A DNA stretch of 64,000 nucleotides from the NCBI GenBank assembly GCA_951406725.2, contig OX597828.1, positions 43,276,001-43,340,000 of the forward strand, written 5' to 3'. The notes under the pieces were generated by a model. That model was not told where the DNA came from. It ran no database searches and saw only the letters and a program-made list of their open reading frames with translations. Source of the stretch: Octopus vulgaris (Eukaryota). This document shows, one piece after another, positions 42,995-57,893 of the stretch (the first letter of the stretch is position 1; each line of letters opens with the position of its first letter). The translations under genes and the position numbers were made by a program.

Positions 42995-45539
42995 GGGTGC
43001 TAGTGAGGCGGGTGGTGTTGGAGAGGTAAGGGCAAGTGCGGCAACGTGGGCGGGAGCAGGGGAACGAGCCGGGTTGGGAGGTAGGGTCAGGGAAGGAGCT
43101 ATGGACCAAAAGGTCTCGAAGGTTGTGGGCTCGTTTGAAAGGGGGGAGGGGTCGGTTAGGGAAGAGGTGTGAAGTGGACGGGTCGGACTGGAGATGACGG
43201 AAAGCTCGAAGAATGGTGCGTTGGAGACGTAGGGTCGTGGGGTGGTAAGTGAGGGGAAAAGGGAGGCGGGAGACTACAGGGCGGGTTCGGGGAGAGAGAG
43301 CAGATACACGGTCCACGGACCGTGCTCTGGCAAGGGCGGTGTGGATAGTGGTGAGGGGGTATCCACGTAGGGTGAAGTGGTGAGCCATACGTTGAGACTG
43401 AGTCTCAAAGTCATGGTCGTCACTACAGAGCCTACGTAGACGGAGGAATTGGGAATAGGGGATGGAAAGCTTGGTGTGTTCTGGGTGGGAGGAAGAGAAG
43501 TTGAGGTATGAGTGTGAGTCTGTGTGTTTGTAGTGAATGGAGGTGGTAAGAGTGGAGTGAAGAATGCTAACCGAAATGTCGAGGAAGGAGACAGAGGTGT
43601 TGGAGATAGTGGAAGTGAAGTGGAGGGCTGGATGGAAAGATTGGACGAAAGAGAGGAAGGAATCTAGATGTTCGCGGGAGAGTGAAGTGGCACCGATAAT
43701 GTCGTCAATATAACGACCATATAGTTCAGGAGTGGGACCAGTGAAATTAGAGAATATTTGGGCCTCAACATAGCCAACGAACAGGTTCGCATAGTTGGGG
43801 CCCATTCGCGTTCCCATGGCCACTCCCGAGACCTGATGGTAGAACTCGCCCGCGAACGAGAAGCAGTTCAGAGTAAGGACAAGTTCGGCCAGACGAATGA
43901 GTGTGGAGGTGTCAGGTACAGGGTTAGAGCGGAGGTCAAGAAAGTGTCGAAGGGCCTGCAGTCCTTCGTGGTGAGGGATAACAGTATAGAGGCTTTGGAT
44001 GTCCATAGTAAAAAGGATTTTGGAGGAGCCGGGAGGAAAGGAGAAAGAGTTGAAAAGCCGGAGAGCATGGTTGGTATCGTGGATGTGGGAGGGAAGAGAT
44101 GCCACTAGGGGGGCAAGGACACGGTCGAGGTATTTAGAGATGAGCTCCGTGGGGCAGTTACAGGTGGAGACGATGGGGCGGCCAGGGTTGTTGGGTTTGT
44201 GGATTTTGGGGAGGAAGTAAATGGTGGGGGTACGTGGGGTTCGCACAATTAGGTTGGATGCGGTGCGGGGGAGACGGGAGGACGAGATGAGGTCTTGGAC
44301 AGTAGAGGATACCGTCTGTTGGTAGCTACGTGTGGGGTTAGAGGGCAGAGGGGAATAGAAGGAGGTGTCATTGAGTTGGCGGAAAGCTTCGGCCCTATAG
44401 AGGTCCGCGCGCCACACCACTACAGCTCCACCCTTGTCAGCCGGTTTGATGATAATGTCAGCGCGCCGTTGGAGGGAACGAAGAGCCAAGAGCTCAGCCG
44501 GGGAGATGTTGAAGCGGCGTTGGCGCCTGGAGAAGTTGAACCGCTCCAATGCACGCTGACAAGCGCCCGCGAAAAGATCCACTGCCAGGATCTGGCCAGG
44601 GGCAGGCGTCCACGGGGATGGTCGGCGGCCCAGGCCAGTGAAGCAGTCGTCCTCTTCGTTGGGTGTGGGTGGCGAGTCGTGGTAATGCGCACTCAACCGG
44701 ACACGGCGCACAAAGCTGTGGACATCAACTCGCGTCTGGAATTCCTTACAGGATGGAGTGAGGGGGATGAAACGCAGACCCCTACCAAGGACGGAGCGTT
44801 CAGCCGCAGAGAGGGGAAGATCGGGGGGAATGGTAACAACAGACGGAAGTGGAGAAGGGGTGGTAGGTCTCGTGGAGGTCTGAGGGGGAGGGATTGGAGA
44901 GGTGTGTGGGGGGTGGTTGGGCGGGGCAGTAGGGTTAGGTGTAGGTGGATGGAGCCTAACGGGAGGGGAGAAGGGGTTGTAGGGAGGGGCAGTGGGGTTA
45001 GGTGTGGGTGAATGGAGCCTATCGGGAGGGGAGAAGGGTGGTGGAGGAGTTGGGGTAGTGGCGTCGGGTAGGGTGGAATGGAAGAGTGATTGGAGTTTAC
45101 GAAGTTTGGTATCAGAAAGCAATTGATGGAAGAGTTGATTCAAATGGATAATGAAGCGTAGCGTGTTTGGAGCATAGAGAGGCGGCAGAGAGGAGAAGAA
45201 GGTGGAGAAAGCAGGAGGAAGAAGGCGGTTGATGGCATGTAGTTTGGAGAGATTGGAGCGAATGGTGGCCCGCATAAGGCGGTAAGATGTGGTGCGGAGT
45301 ATGGGTAAGATGGAAGAATCCGAGTGGAGAGCAGGGTGGAAGTGGAGGCGGAAACCTTTAGGGATGAGTCGGTGATGTAGGCAGCGGCTTAGGAAAGAGA
45401 CATGGCTAGAGAAGCGGGTTTTTTTAAAAAGAAGTAGAGAGAGATTAACGGACGGCTGAAGGCAATATACAGGAAGAGAACGGAGATGATCCTTCAAACG
45501 GTGATGGAGGGTGAGGAGGTAGGACCTAGGATCCGGCAT
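42306..45539 (-). CDS. PLE polyprotein: reverse transcriptase + Cys-rich linker + GIY-YIG endonuclease (about 1077 aa from first ATG, MPDPRSY...)
   Basis: PLE RT motifs IKPADKGGAVVVW, YFLPKIHKPNNPGRPIVS, MDIQSLYT, GVAMGTRMGPNYANLF, YGRYIDDI, FLDISV and thumb SHPEHTKLSIP. Linker PCSRPRCRTC. GIY-YIG region [30 protein letters not shown]...REQELI...GLN. No stops or frameshifts. The track's start at 45773 is non-ATG and low-complexity. Confidence 0.93.
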   Translation of the reverse strand: MPDPRSYLLTLHHRLKDHLRSLPVYCLQPSVNLSLLLFKKTRFSSHVSFLSRCLHHRLIPKGFRLHFHPALHSDSSILPILRTTSYRLMRATIRSNLSKLHAINRLLPPAFSTFFSSLPPLYAPNTLRFIIHLNQLFHQLLSDTKLRKLQSLFHSTLPDATTPTPPPPFSPPDRLHSPTPNPTAPPYNPFSPPVRLHPPTPNPTAPPNHPPHTSPIPPPQTSTRPTTPSPLPSVVTIPPDLPLSAAERSVLGRGLRFIPLTPSCKEFQTRVDVHSFVRRVRLSAHYHDSPPTPNEEDDCFTGLGRRPSPWTPAPGQILAVDLFAGACQRALERFNFSRRQRRFNISPAELLALRSLQRRADIIIKPADKGGAVVVWRADLYRAEAFRQLNDTSFYSPLPSNPTRSYQQTVSSTVQDLISSSRLPRTASNLIVRTPRTPTIYFLPKIHKPNNPGRPIVSTCNCPTELISKYLDRVLAPLVASLPSHIHDTNHALRLFNSFSFPPGSSKILFTMDIQSLYTVIPHHEGLQALRHFLDLRSNPVPDTSTLIRLAELVLTLNCFSFAGEFYHQVSGVAMGTRMGPNYANLFVGYVEAQIFSNFTGPTPELYGRYIDDIIGATSLSREHLDSFLSFVQSFHPALHFTSTISNTSVSFLDISVSILHSTLTTSIHYKHTDSHSYLNFSSSHPEHTKLSIPYSQFLRLRRLCSDDHDFETQSQRMAHHFTLRGYPLTTIHTALARARSVDRVSALSPRTRPVVSRLPFPLTYHPTTLRLQRTILRAFRHLQSDPSTSHLFPNRPLPPFKRAHNLRDLLVHSSFPDPTSQPGSFPCSRPRCRTCPYLSNTTRLTSTHHRPYPIIHSFTCTSSNIIYCISCSLCNSLYIGQTGRRLADRFAEHLRDIHLANDTPVSRHFRSTGHSLQHLSVFGLSLHRGHPDSRLRREQELIFSLRSYTPFGLNSPPPHLTPLSPSSPILSPPDPYFFSPSSFHPYSPSLLPSFSLPLPLPSAPSLPFSLLLSLFPPSSPSSPSFSPILSSPPSSISPPSFFFPSPSPPLLPLSPSPLLLTTPHDFTHHITYDVPY

Positions 45540-46156
45540 GATGGGATAGCGGGAAAAAAACGTTCGAAAAAACAAAAAAAACAAAAAACAAAAATTATCG
45601 TATGAAAAAAATAGAAAAAAAGGATAGCGAGAAAAGGGGAGAAAACAAATGTTCAAAAAAACAAAAAAATAATAATCGTATGAAAAAACTAGATAAGTAA
45701 GCGATAGGGGCAGAAAAGACGGGGCAAACGGAACAGGGAAAGAAAGAAGGGAAGCAGAGAGAGGGGGAGGCAAAAAAAGTGGGGGTGCAGGCAGAGGAAA
45801 CGGAGTATGGACATCCAGAGAGGGAAGAAAGACGGAAAGGAGAACAAAAATTCAGGAAAATGTGGGAAGCATGAAATGAATGTAAAAAAAGTGGTAATAT
45901 AAGAGAAAATAAAAATACAACAAACGGGACAGTTTATGCGAACAAGTTCAAGGTTGAAAGTTCAAGGTGAGAAATGTGTAGACGTCGTGGTATATTTTTT
46001 AAGGATTTCACATCAATGCAAAGTCACTTTGATCCGCGAAAGAGAGGTGCAGCCAATGGTAAGTATCCAAGAGGTAAAGAAAATCCAAGGTAGAGGTAAG
46101 TGTTGATAGTGGTATTGGTAGAATATAGGATGAAAGTGAGACCACGTGAGCGCATA

Positions 46157-47467
46157 ATATATAACGGGAAGCTTTATGAAAATAAACAAAAGACGAAGGC
46201 AGGTGGAAAACAAACGAACAATTGTATTAGTATGGCGCTCAGGAAATATAAATAAAACAAGTCTTTAACGTTTCGAGCCTACGCTCTTCAACAGAAAGAT
46301 ACACAGAGAGAGAAAAACACAGAAAGAAGGAGAGAAAAAAAATGCGTGCAATAGCTAACGAATCAACATGGCGATCTGATTTCGGACAGAGGTCAAAGAT
46401 CAAACATGAGACGCGAGAGCGAAATAAGGGGAGATAATAGGGTTGATAAAAGAGTTGAGGGACCAGCTAAAAGTGCGTGGGAGGGGTCTGGATGTGTGTA
46501 TGTATAGGGTTGGTGTATGTATTAGTATGTATAAGGGTGTGTGTGTGTGTGTGTGTGTATGAGAGAGTATTAGTGCGTAAGATTGGTCTGGACGTGCGTA
46601 TGTATGGGGTTGGTGTATGTATTAGTATGTATTAGTATGTATTAGTACGTATTGGTATGTATAGGTGTGTGTGTGTGTGTGTGAGAGAGTATAAGTGCGT
46701 ATGCGGGGTTTGGACGTGTGTATGTATAGGGTTGGTGTAAGTATTAGTATGTACCAGTATGTATTAGTACGTATTAGTATGTATTAGTTGGTGTGTGTAT
46801 TAGTATGGCACATCATATGTGATGTGATGTGTAAAGTCATGTGGTGTAGTGAGGAGAAGAGGGGGAGGGGGAGAAGAGGGGGAGAAGGGGAGGGGAAGAA
46901 GAGGGGGAGGAGAAGGGGGAGGAGAGGATGGGGGAGAAGGAAGGGGATGAGGGGGATGAAGGAGGAAAGAGGGAGAGGAGGAGAGAGAAGGGGAGAGAGG
47001 GAGCAGAGGGAAGGGGAAGAGTGAGGGAGAAAGAGGGAAGAAGGGAAGGGGAGTAGGGGTGAAAGGATGAAGGACTGAAGAAGTAGGGGTCGGGGGAGAA
47101 AGGATAGGTGAGGAGGGGGAGAGGGGGGTTAGATGAGGAGGGGGAGAGTTGAGACCAAATGGCGTATAAGAGCGAAGAGAGAAGATTAATTCCTGTTCAC
47201 GGCGCAAACGGGAATCCGGATGGCCTCTGTGTAAGGACAAACCGAACACAGATAGGTGTTGCAAGGAGTGACCGGTGGAGCGGAAATGGCGTGAGACCGG
47301 TGTGTCGTTCGCAAGGTGGATGTCACGAAGGTGTTCCGCGAACCGGTCAGCCAAGCGGCGTCCCGTTTGTCCGATATACAAGGAATTGCAGAGAGAGCAA
47401 GAGATGCAATAGATAATATTGCTGGAGGTGCAGGTGAAGGAGTGGATGATGGGATAGGGTCGATGGT
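46157..47467 (-). repeat. 5' pseudo-LTR of the PLE (duplicated GIY-YIG coding end + 3' UTR)
   Basis: Track ORF 46800..47594 repeats the same GIY-YIG peptide; 5' junction runs directly into (TA)n. Confidence 0.92.
46262..46299 (-). ncRNA. Minimal hammerhead ribozyme motif (PLE 5' pLTR)
   Basis: Identical to 41768-41805. Confidence 0.8.
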
Positions 47468-47485
47468 ATATACATATATATATTG

Positions 47486-47559
<74 letters not shown>

Positions 47560-47808
47560 CATACATACATGCATACCTTCAAATATACATACATATTAAC
47601 AGATGCAGTTGAAATAGGAGTTTTAGTGACAAATCAACTCAAAAGCTTATCGTTCATACCTATTACAATGTTTGTTCATTTGAGAGAATTTTTTATAGTT
47701 ACTGCTACATACATACATACATACACACCAACTCCCTCACACACACACACATATATATATATATACACATAGACATATATAGATACATACATGCATATAC
47801 ACATGTGC

Positions 47809-47864
<56 letters not shown>

Positions 47865-48054
47865 TTTTTTGATTTGGTTTGTAAGATTCTTTATATGAGT
47901 TCGTGTGTTGAAGCATATTCTGTTGTGTCTGGGTAGAGTCATTCTCTTTTAGTGCCTTATTATTTAACACACTCACCGGTAAAATTTCCACTTATTTCTT
48001 ATTTTTATTTTCTAAAATTTTCTTTGCGTCTTGCAACCTTTTCAATTGTCTTGA

Positions 48055-48134
<80 letters not shown>

Positions 48135-48454
48135 CATATATATGCAAGCACGGATGCATATGTGTGTGTGTACGTGAGTGTATGTCTGTGTGTGTGTGTG
48201 TGTATATATATGTGTGTGGGCGGGTGGGTGGGTGGTTGTGTATGCAGACAATATACATCCGCTATGTAAGGAATCATAATACGGTTATGAAATTATCTTC
48301 GGTGGTGTCACACAATCATGGAGAAGCAGTTAAAATTTACTACGGAGCTGTGAACTCGAAATATAAAGTTCAAATCAGTCCAAGCGTAAATATATCGTTA
48401 ATGAATTCACATCTAAAAAGTCAGATGCTTCGAGCAGATATAGGTGACAACATA

Positions 48455-49010
<556 letters not shown>

Positions 49011-49212
49011 TAAGTTATTATTATTGGTGTGGTTAGTATTAGTATTGCGAAATGTATATATATGTATATATCTGCCAATCTAAATACGTATTTACATATG
49101 GTGCGTACAAGATTACATACAAATATAGTTTAATGTATGTATGTATGTATGTATGTATGAACGCTTGTATGTGTGTATATATATATATATATAAATATAA
49201 ATATCAAGTTAT

Positions 49213-49292
<80 letters not shown>

Positions 49293-49532
49293 GTATATAT
49301 TTCTGTAGAGGCGCATCCATGTTATAGTGTAGCACATGTGTAAATTTCACATCGAATCTTAAATGCTAATCAGTGAACGATGAAATTAAATAAGTATGGA
49401 TGACTTTAGTAATGTCGAATTGATGTTTAGATTCTTCCGCGCACTGAACATTTTAAAATCATTCAGATACAACAATTAATTGATAAAGGTTACTCGATAA
49501 ATGTTATTAAAATAATAATAGTAATAATAATG

Positions 49533-49607
<75 letters not shown>

Positions 49608-49783
49608 GTAATAATAATGATAATAATAATAATGATAATAATGATGATCAAAGATGGTAAATAGCGAAAATAATACAGAACGCAAGCGACGATGTTGCTG
49701 ATGGTGCTACACGGCGATCGATAAAGAAACACCGGAAGCTTTAGCGATTTAACATAAACACTCCATGTATAAGTTTTTATGTG

Positions 49784-49832
<49 letters not shown>

Positions 49833-49938
49833 GTGTGTAATGTGTGCTTTGTATGCATGTTTCTTGTGTGTTGAGACACACATGTATAGAAATTTCACTT
49901 TTATGCAAATATGTATTTACACGTGTGTATACATATAA

Positions 49939-49991
<53 letters not shown>

Positions 49992-50082
49992 TATTTTCAA
50001 TAAGTCCCGATGTATGCATATATGTATTTATGTAAATATGTTTATGGACAGACAGAAAGGAAGGCAGATACACATACATATT

Positions 50083-50135
<53 letters not shown>

Positions 50136-50189
50136 TTAGGCAGATAAATAGATAGATAGATAGATAAATAAATAGATAGATAGATAGGC

Positions 50190-50272
<83 letters not shown>

Positions 50273-50452
50273 ATAAACAGAAGATACAAGTTCAAAATAT
50301 TTAGAGAGAAAGAGAGAATAATGATCGAAAAAAGATGCGAGAGAGAGAGAGAGAAGGAGAGAGAGGAAAAGAAAGAGAGAAACATTGAGGTTAGGTAAAA
50401 TATTTGTGGTATTGATTGTTATAGAGCCACGATTGAATGCAAACCGCAAGAT

Positions 50453-50543
<91 letters not shown>

Positions 50544-51552
50544 TATTTATATGTGTATATATATATATATACTTACATATATACATATATATATATATAT
50601 ATTTATCTATGTGCACATACATTTTATATATATATATATTGTATGTATATATATATAATATATATATTTATATGTATATATATGCATACATATATACATA
50701 TATATATAGTTATCTATGTAAACATACATTTATATATATGTGTATATATATATATAAACACACCCAAACGCAATCACGTATGCATATGTATATATGTATA
50801 TATGTGCGCGTTTGTTTGTGTTTGTGAGAGTGCAAGCGCGCGCATGTGTGCGTGGGTGAGTGTGAGTGTGCGCGAATATGTTGGTAGAGGGTAAAAGTGA
50901 AATTCTTTTGTAAATTTATAGCGTTTTCACGGTTGAGTGGCAATGGCTGTAAATACCAAAATTTACGTAATGTGCACTTTCTGCATATGAAAAGCTTGTT
51001 TGAAATATAATGTTCTTCCGATATTTATCAAGTCCAATGCTTGAACTGGTTGTTTGTGGAATTGAAGGCAACACATCTTGAGAATCGATTCGGGTTTTCA
51101 CAATATAAAGATACACATACACACATACATACATACATACATAGCTACATACCTACATATATATATAGATACATGCAACATATATTCATACATACTTACA
51201 GATATACATACATGCATACATGTATGTATGGGGTAAGGCACAAAGACATACACAATGGCACACACATAAATATATGCATGCACACATACATGCATACATA
51301 CATACACATATACATGCATATATACATACGTATATACACAACACAACCAGACATATGTATAATTGATTATATGTATGTATTTCTATATATCCATATATGC
51401 GTATGTATATATGTTACACCCCCCCATATATATATATATATATATCCACATAAACAGATATATGGGTATACACGTTTGTTTCAGGTTGCTGAGAGGGAAT
51501 TCTTGATTGCAGCTTCCTTAACTTCCTTTACACGACTGCTTATAGATGTTCA

Positions 51553-51610
<58 letters not shown>

Positions 51611-51804
51611 ATATCTATCTATCTATCTATCTAGTCTGTCTGTCTGCTGTCTGTCTGTCTGTATTTCTGTCTATCTTTCTATCTGTCTATGTATGTATGA
51701 ATGTATGTATGTATGTATGTATGTATGTATCTATCTATCTCTCTATCTGTCTATCTGTTTGCTTTTCTAGTCATCTATCGATCGATCGATCAACCTCCCC
51801 GTGC

Positions 51805-51864
<60 letters not shown>

Positions 51865-52181
51865 ATATGTAACTACATAATTATATTTATGTATGCATTT
51901 ATATCAATATGGGTCTCTCTATATATGTTTGTGTGTGTGTGTTTGTGTGTGTTTGTGTGTGTCTGTGTTTCTGTGGGTACATGTACATACGTAAGCGAGT
52001 GTACATTTAGACATACACAATTATATATACATATATGTGTGCGTCAGTGCATGAATGACTGTAAGTAATTGTTCATGCGAATGTTTTTAGAACGATGCAG
52101 ATATACATATGTTATGTGTGTATGTATATACCCATAGATACAGACATCTATGCATGTATACATACATATACGAACGCATAC

Positions 52182-52343
<162 letters not shown>

Positions 52344-52896
52344 CATAGAGTGATACATATATATATGTAATGTACGCATGTATTCAATTATCTGTTTGTA
52401 TTATACGTATATGGATATACCAACTTTTTTATGGATACGTACATAGATAAAATAAAATGGAGTTTTATTTAAGGCTCACGTTATTTGAAATAGCATTTTT
52501 GTGCTCTGATTCAGTTTATTGCTTTTAATTTATAGTTCTATATCCTACATCAACCTTGTTTTCCCCTTGAGATGATTAAGGGTTAATGAATCTTTTTAAG
52601 TTCTTTCAAATTCGAAATCGCTTTTGTTGTCTCTTTTTCGATATTTCCCATGAATCTCTGACCTTTGATGTTCTGTGATACTCCAATATGTTTTATGTTA
52701 TTTAAGAAGTGATTTTTAAGTAATTTTTACCAACGAGGGAATTTATATGAGTGAGCTCTCACTTTACGGGATGTATCAGCCCATTTCACACAAGTAGAAT
52801 TTTATACTTCAATAAAGAAGGAGCGATTCTGTATTGAGGTGATCCTGTTGTTGCATGAATACAGGAAAGCAAAACATCCATGTATATTATGTATAG

Positions 52897-52997
<101 letters not shown>

Positions 52998-53056
52998 GAT
53001 AGATCTGATATTAAGAGATATTTTAGCATTCGCAGAAAATCCAAAAGAAAAAATAC

Positions 53057-53139
<83 letters not shown>

Positions 53140-53153
53140 TTAATGATAATAAA

Positions 53154-53670
53154 TGACCTGATGCAGTAACAGGCAGTGGCTCTCATTGCTTCTAATCTTA
53201 ACTGATTGGAAGTGTTATATACATTGTTTTGTCTTGGTATAAAGGATGATCTACAGCAAATATTCTGCTCAATACCACAGATTTGCTTGTCAGTTGTTTG
53301 ACCTTAACCTGTTGAGCATGTTCCTTGGTGGCTGACGATATGTGCATCTCTGACTACGAGCAGGTATAGTGGGGGAGCATCATACCCGTGTGTTGAAAGG
53401 AAATCTTGGAGGTTTGGGTAATTCACCTTTGGAAACATGGATGGTTCGTTCAACATTCTTAAACAGTCCTTATTCAGGGACCTTTTGAGCGGAAAATTCT
53501 TGCAAGGTCATATACTGTTTATCTTGATATGATATCACCATGTCGCCCACATATGGTTGTGAAGCATGTGCCTAGTGTAACCTTACCAGACCAGTAGACA
53601 TGATGGGTATACAGGGCTTCGTATATTTTACCCCAGTGTCACTTTGATGGCATGCGCAGCGCTCTCACCC
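53154..53670 (+). mobile_element. Probable retroelement 3' UTR inserted in (AAT)n
   Basis: About 515 bp of complex sequence bounded on both sides by long (AAT)n; family not provable from this window. Confidence 0.4.
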
Positions 53671-53752
<82 letters not shown>

Positions 53753-54154
53753 GGGCGGCAACTTTGGGGAGGGATGAGTCAATTAATAATGATGAAGCTG
53801 ATGATAATGTTAAGAATGAGGATGACGATGAGGAGGTGGTGGTGGTAACTTGTCGTCGTTGTGTAGAAGGAAGAGGAGGTGGTGTTTTGTGGTAGTGTTC
53901 CTGTCAGTGGTGGTCGTAGTGTTCGTAATAATCGTAGTGATAACGAGGAATATGATAATGATGATGATGACGACGACGACGACGATGATTATGATGATGA
54001 TGATGATGACGACGACGATAATGACGATGATGATGATGACTATGAAAGGCTAAGTCGATGTCGGCGGAATTTGTATGATGATAATAATAATAGTGGTTTT
54101 AAATTTTGCCACAAGCTCGGCCATTTTGTGTTTGTGTGTGGGAGGGGAGGATGT

Positions 54155-54320
54155 GTCGATTACATCGACCCCAGTGTTCCACTGGTACTTACTTTATCGA
54201 CCCCGAAAGGATGACAGGCAAAGTCTACTTCGCCGGCATTTCAAATCAGAACGTGAAAACAGACAACGTACAGCAAAGCATTTTGCCCGGCGTACTAACG
54301 ATTCTGCCAACTCGCCGCCA
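54155..54320 (-). mobile_element. SINE family B
   Basis: Homology to 5170-5340. Confidence 0.78.
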
Positions 54321-54359
54321 TAATAATAATAATAATAATAATAATTAAAATTATGATAC

Positions 54360-54768
54360 CCTTTTATACTTTTACTTGTTTCAGTCATTTGACTGCAGAC
54401 ATGCTGGAGCACCGCCTTCAGTCGAGCAAATCGCCACCAGGACTTATTCTTTTTAAGCCTAGTACTTATTCTATCGGTCTCTTTTGCCGAACCGCTAAGT
54501 TACGGAACGTTAACAAACCAGCATCGGTTGTCAAGCGATATTGGGAAGACAAACATAGACACACAAACGTACACACACACATATATACATACGACGGGCT
54601 TCTTTCAGTTTCCGTCTACCGAATCCACTCACAAGACTTTGGTCGACCCGAAGCAATAGTAGAAGACACTTGACCAAGGTGTCACGCAGTGGTACTGAAC
54701 CCGGAAACATGTGGTTGGTAAGCAAGCTACTTACCACACAGCCACGCGACACAGCCACTCCTGCGCCT
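54360..54768 (-). mobile_element. SINE family A
   Basis: Homology to 7039-7452. Confidence 0.88.
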
Positions 54769-54789
54769 ATAATGTTAACAATAATAATA

Positions 54790-54937
<148 letters not shown>

Positions 54938-55139
54938 TAATAATAATGATTATTAAGAAGTGATATAGCATTACGTTTAATTCTTTATATATATACAGCT
55001 TTACATAGGACTTACAGATGTTTCTTCTGCATCGATTATTAACCGTTGCAAATGCAACGGTACTATAGTACCGGTACAGTTACATACCGGTCTTTAATAT
55101 CCTTCGATTTAACTGTTTAGAATTTTCGTAATCATTGTT

Positions 55140-55233
<94 letters not shown>

Positions 55234-55291
55234 ATCTATTTCACTAACTGTCTTTTTCTCTCTTTCTCTACTCACACACACACGCACTCAC

Positions 55292-55323
<32 letters not shown>

Positions 55324-55584
55324 GTATGTACTTGAAAGCAACGTGCTCATATTTCAGCAGACGCACATACACTCAGTAAAGGACAGATGTACATACGCAC
55401 ACACATCACGCTATTACACATATATATACGCAAATTCAAAAATCAAATCACACACTTTCATACACACACAAACACACACATGCACGGGATCACTCAAATA
55501 TATGCACAGTAAGACACACATATTTACATACACAAACATACAAACGCAAATACAACGACAGATGCACTTACACAAACGTAAGCC

Positions 55585-55629
<45 letters not shown>

Positions 55630-56094
55630 GCACATACGCTTACACACGCGCGCAAACACATACTGACATAAATTAAAAATACATGTGCCCACTAGAAAAC
55701 CCGCATGGGACCAGCATCCACACACACACACACATACACACACACCTATTCATAGGCATGTATGTATGTATGTGTGTATGTATGTATGCGCGCACCCTCG
55801 CGCATTAGCATAAAGCCTGCTATTTCTTAAGCATATGTGGTGTGTGTGTTTGTAAGGGTGTATCATAAAGATATTTTAAAAATTATAGGAAACAAATGCG
55901 ATTGTAAATCAAAGGAAGTGACGTCACCAGCATTAACATAAAAAAGGGAATCTGGAGCAGGAGGGTGCAATAATTATGCAATTGAATTTTAATATCAGAA
56001 ACATGCACATATTGTGTGCACGTCCGTCTGGTGCATTAGATAGGACCTTTCAAGTGGCTCCCCTATTTTTGTTTTATATATATATATATATATG

Positions 56095-56164
<70 letters not shown>

Positions 56165-56189
56165 TACATATATATATACATATATATAC

Positions 56190-56271
<82 letters not shown>

Positions 56272-56349
56272 CAGCGATCAACCAGCACCACCGCCTCCAC
56301 CAGCGACACCACCACAACCACGATTCTCATTACACCCTCGGCTTCTATC

Positions 56350-56369
56350 AAAATCATCATCATCATTAC

Positions 56370-56444
<75 letters not shown>

Positions 56445-56501
56445 CATTATTACTATTATTATTACTATTATTATTATTATTATTATTATTATCATTATTA
56501 C

Positions 56502-56534
<33 letters not shown>

Positions 56535-56715
56535 CATCATCATTATTATTAATATTATTATTATTATTATCATTATTATTGTTATTATTTTTATTGTCAT
56601 TATTATTATTATTATTGTTATTATTATTATTATTACTATTACTATTATTATTATCAGCAGCAGCATCAGCATCGTCATCGTTCTATTGTTGTTGTTGATG
56701 ATGATGCTGATGCTA
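56350..56715. repeat. Degenerate (ATT)n microsatellite
   Basis: Direct reading. Confidence 0.9.
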
Positions 56716-57114
56716 TCGATGCTCTTGAAGTTATTGTCGGCTTTATTGGTTCCATATGGTATATATAATGACCTGGGCGCTGTCCCTCCATTTTCATTCT
56801 TGAGTTATCAAGTTCTCTTATGTTTATGAACATCGTTGTGTGTGTGTGTTTGTGTGGCGGCTTGAGGGGTGGGTCGCGGGTAGATTTTAAGGCGTACGAT
56901 GCACAAACCCTTGCGCACATTTATACACCTACATGCACACGTACATGTGCAAGTACTTATGCAGTTTTACACATGCGCACACTTATCCACAAACACGTGC
57001 ATGAACACATAAATTAAAAAATGCATATGTATATATATATATGTACGTGTGTGTGTGTGTGATAGACACACACACTCACACACACATATGGATACATATA
57101 TATATATATATACT

Positions 57115-57510
57115 CTTTACTCTCTCTTTTACTCTTTTACTTGTTTCAGTCATTTGACTGCGGCCATGCTGGAGCATCGCCTTTAATCGAGCAACTCGAC
57201 CCCGGGACTTATTCTTTCTAAGCCCAGTACTTATTCTATCGGTCTCTTAAGTGACGGGGACATAAACACACCAGCATCGGTTGTCAAGCAATGCTAGGGG
57301 GACAAACACGGACACACAAACACACACACATACACATACATATATATATATACATATATATGACGTGCTTCTTTCAGTTTCCGTCTACCGAATCCACTCA
57401 TAAGGGTTTGGTCGGCCCGAGGCTATAGTAAAAACATTTGCCCCACGCAGTGGGACTAAACCCGGAACCATGTGGTTGGTAAACAAGCTACTTACCACAC
57501 ATCCACTCCT
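57115..57510 (-). mobile_element. SINE family A
   Basis: Homology to 27812-28222. Confidence 0.88.
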
Positions 57511-57730
57511 ATATATATATATATGTGTGTGTGTATATATATATATATTTACATACATATGTAAATACACACAAACACAAATATATAAATACATATATAT
57601 ATATACATATATAAAGACACACAAACACACACATAGAGATACATATATATATATATACATACATACCTATATAGATACACACAAGCTCACGCATTCAAAC
57701 ACACACACAAACACACACACACTCATATAC

Positions 57731-57805
<75 letters not shown>

Positions 57806-57893
57806 TTATTAGAGACAAAACCACTATTTTGCAAAACAAACAAGGAAAGACTTAACCAATACATAAAATTTTAATAAATAGTCAAAAAAACCG

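Larger units (their letters stand above)
41663..47467 (-). mobile_element. Penelope-like retroelement (Neptune-like), full-length ORF flanked by pseudo-LTR direct repeats
   Basis: Direct repeats at 41663-42994 and 46157-47467. The upstream copy is a 5'-truncated copy of the element 3' end, starting just upstream of the GIY-YIG motif. RT+GIY-YIG ORF between them, an HHR motif in each repeat, and TA-rich microsatellite at both ends. Confidence 0.95.

Noticed and set aside
42355-45011. Plus-strand and alternative-frame ORFs overlapping the PLE ORF
   Set aside because: Shadow ORFs caused by GC-rich, strand-skewed composition; no recognisable motifs
45540-45773. 78-aa Phe-rich N-terminal extension of the PLE ORF
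   Set aside because: Non-ATG start and T-rich low-complexity 5' UTR; first ATG is at 45539
47860-48056. TA-flanked insert with TTGC aagac GCAA-AGAAA on the minus strand as a possible HHR
   Set aside because: No CUGANGA-like core or stem I found
55915-55928. ETS-CRE composite GGAAGTGACGTCAC (another TGACGTCA near 2550)
   Set aside because: Short motifs with no linked gene or promoter evidence
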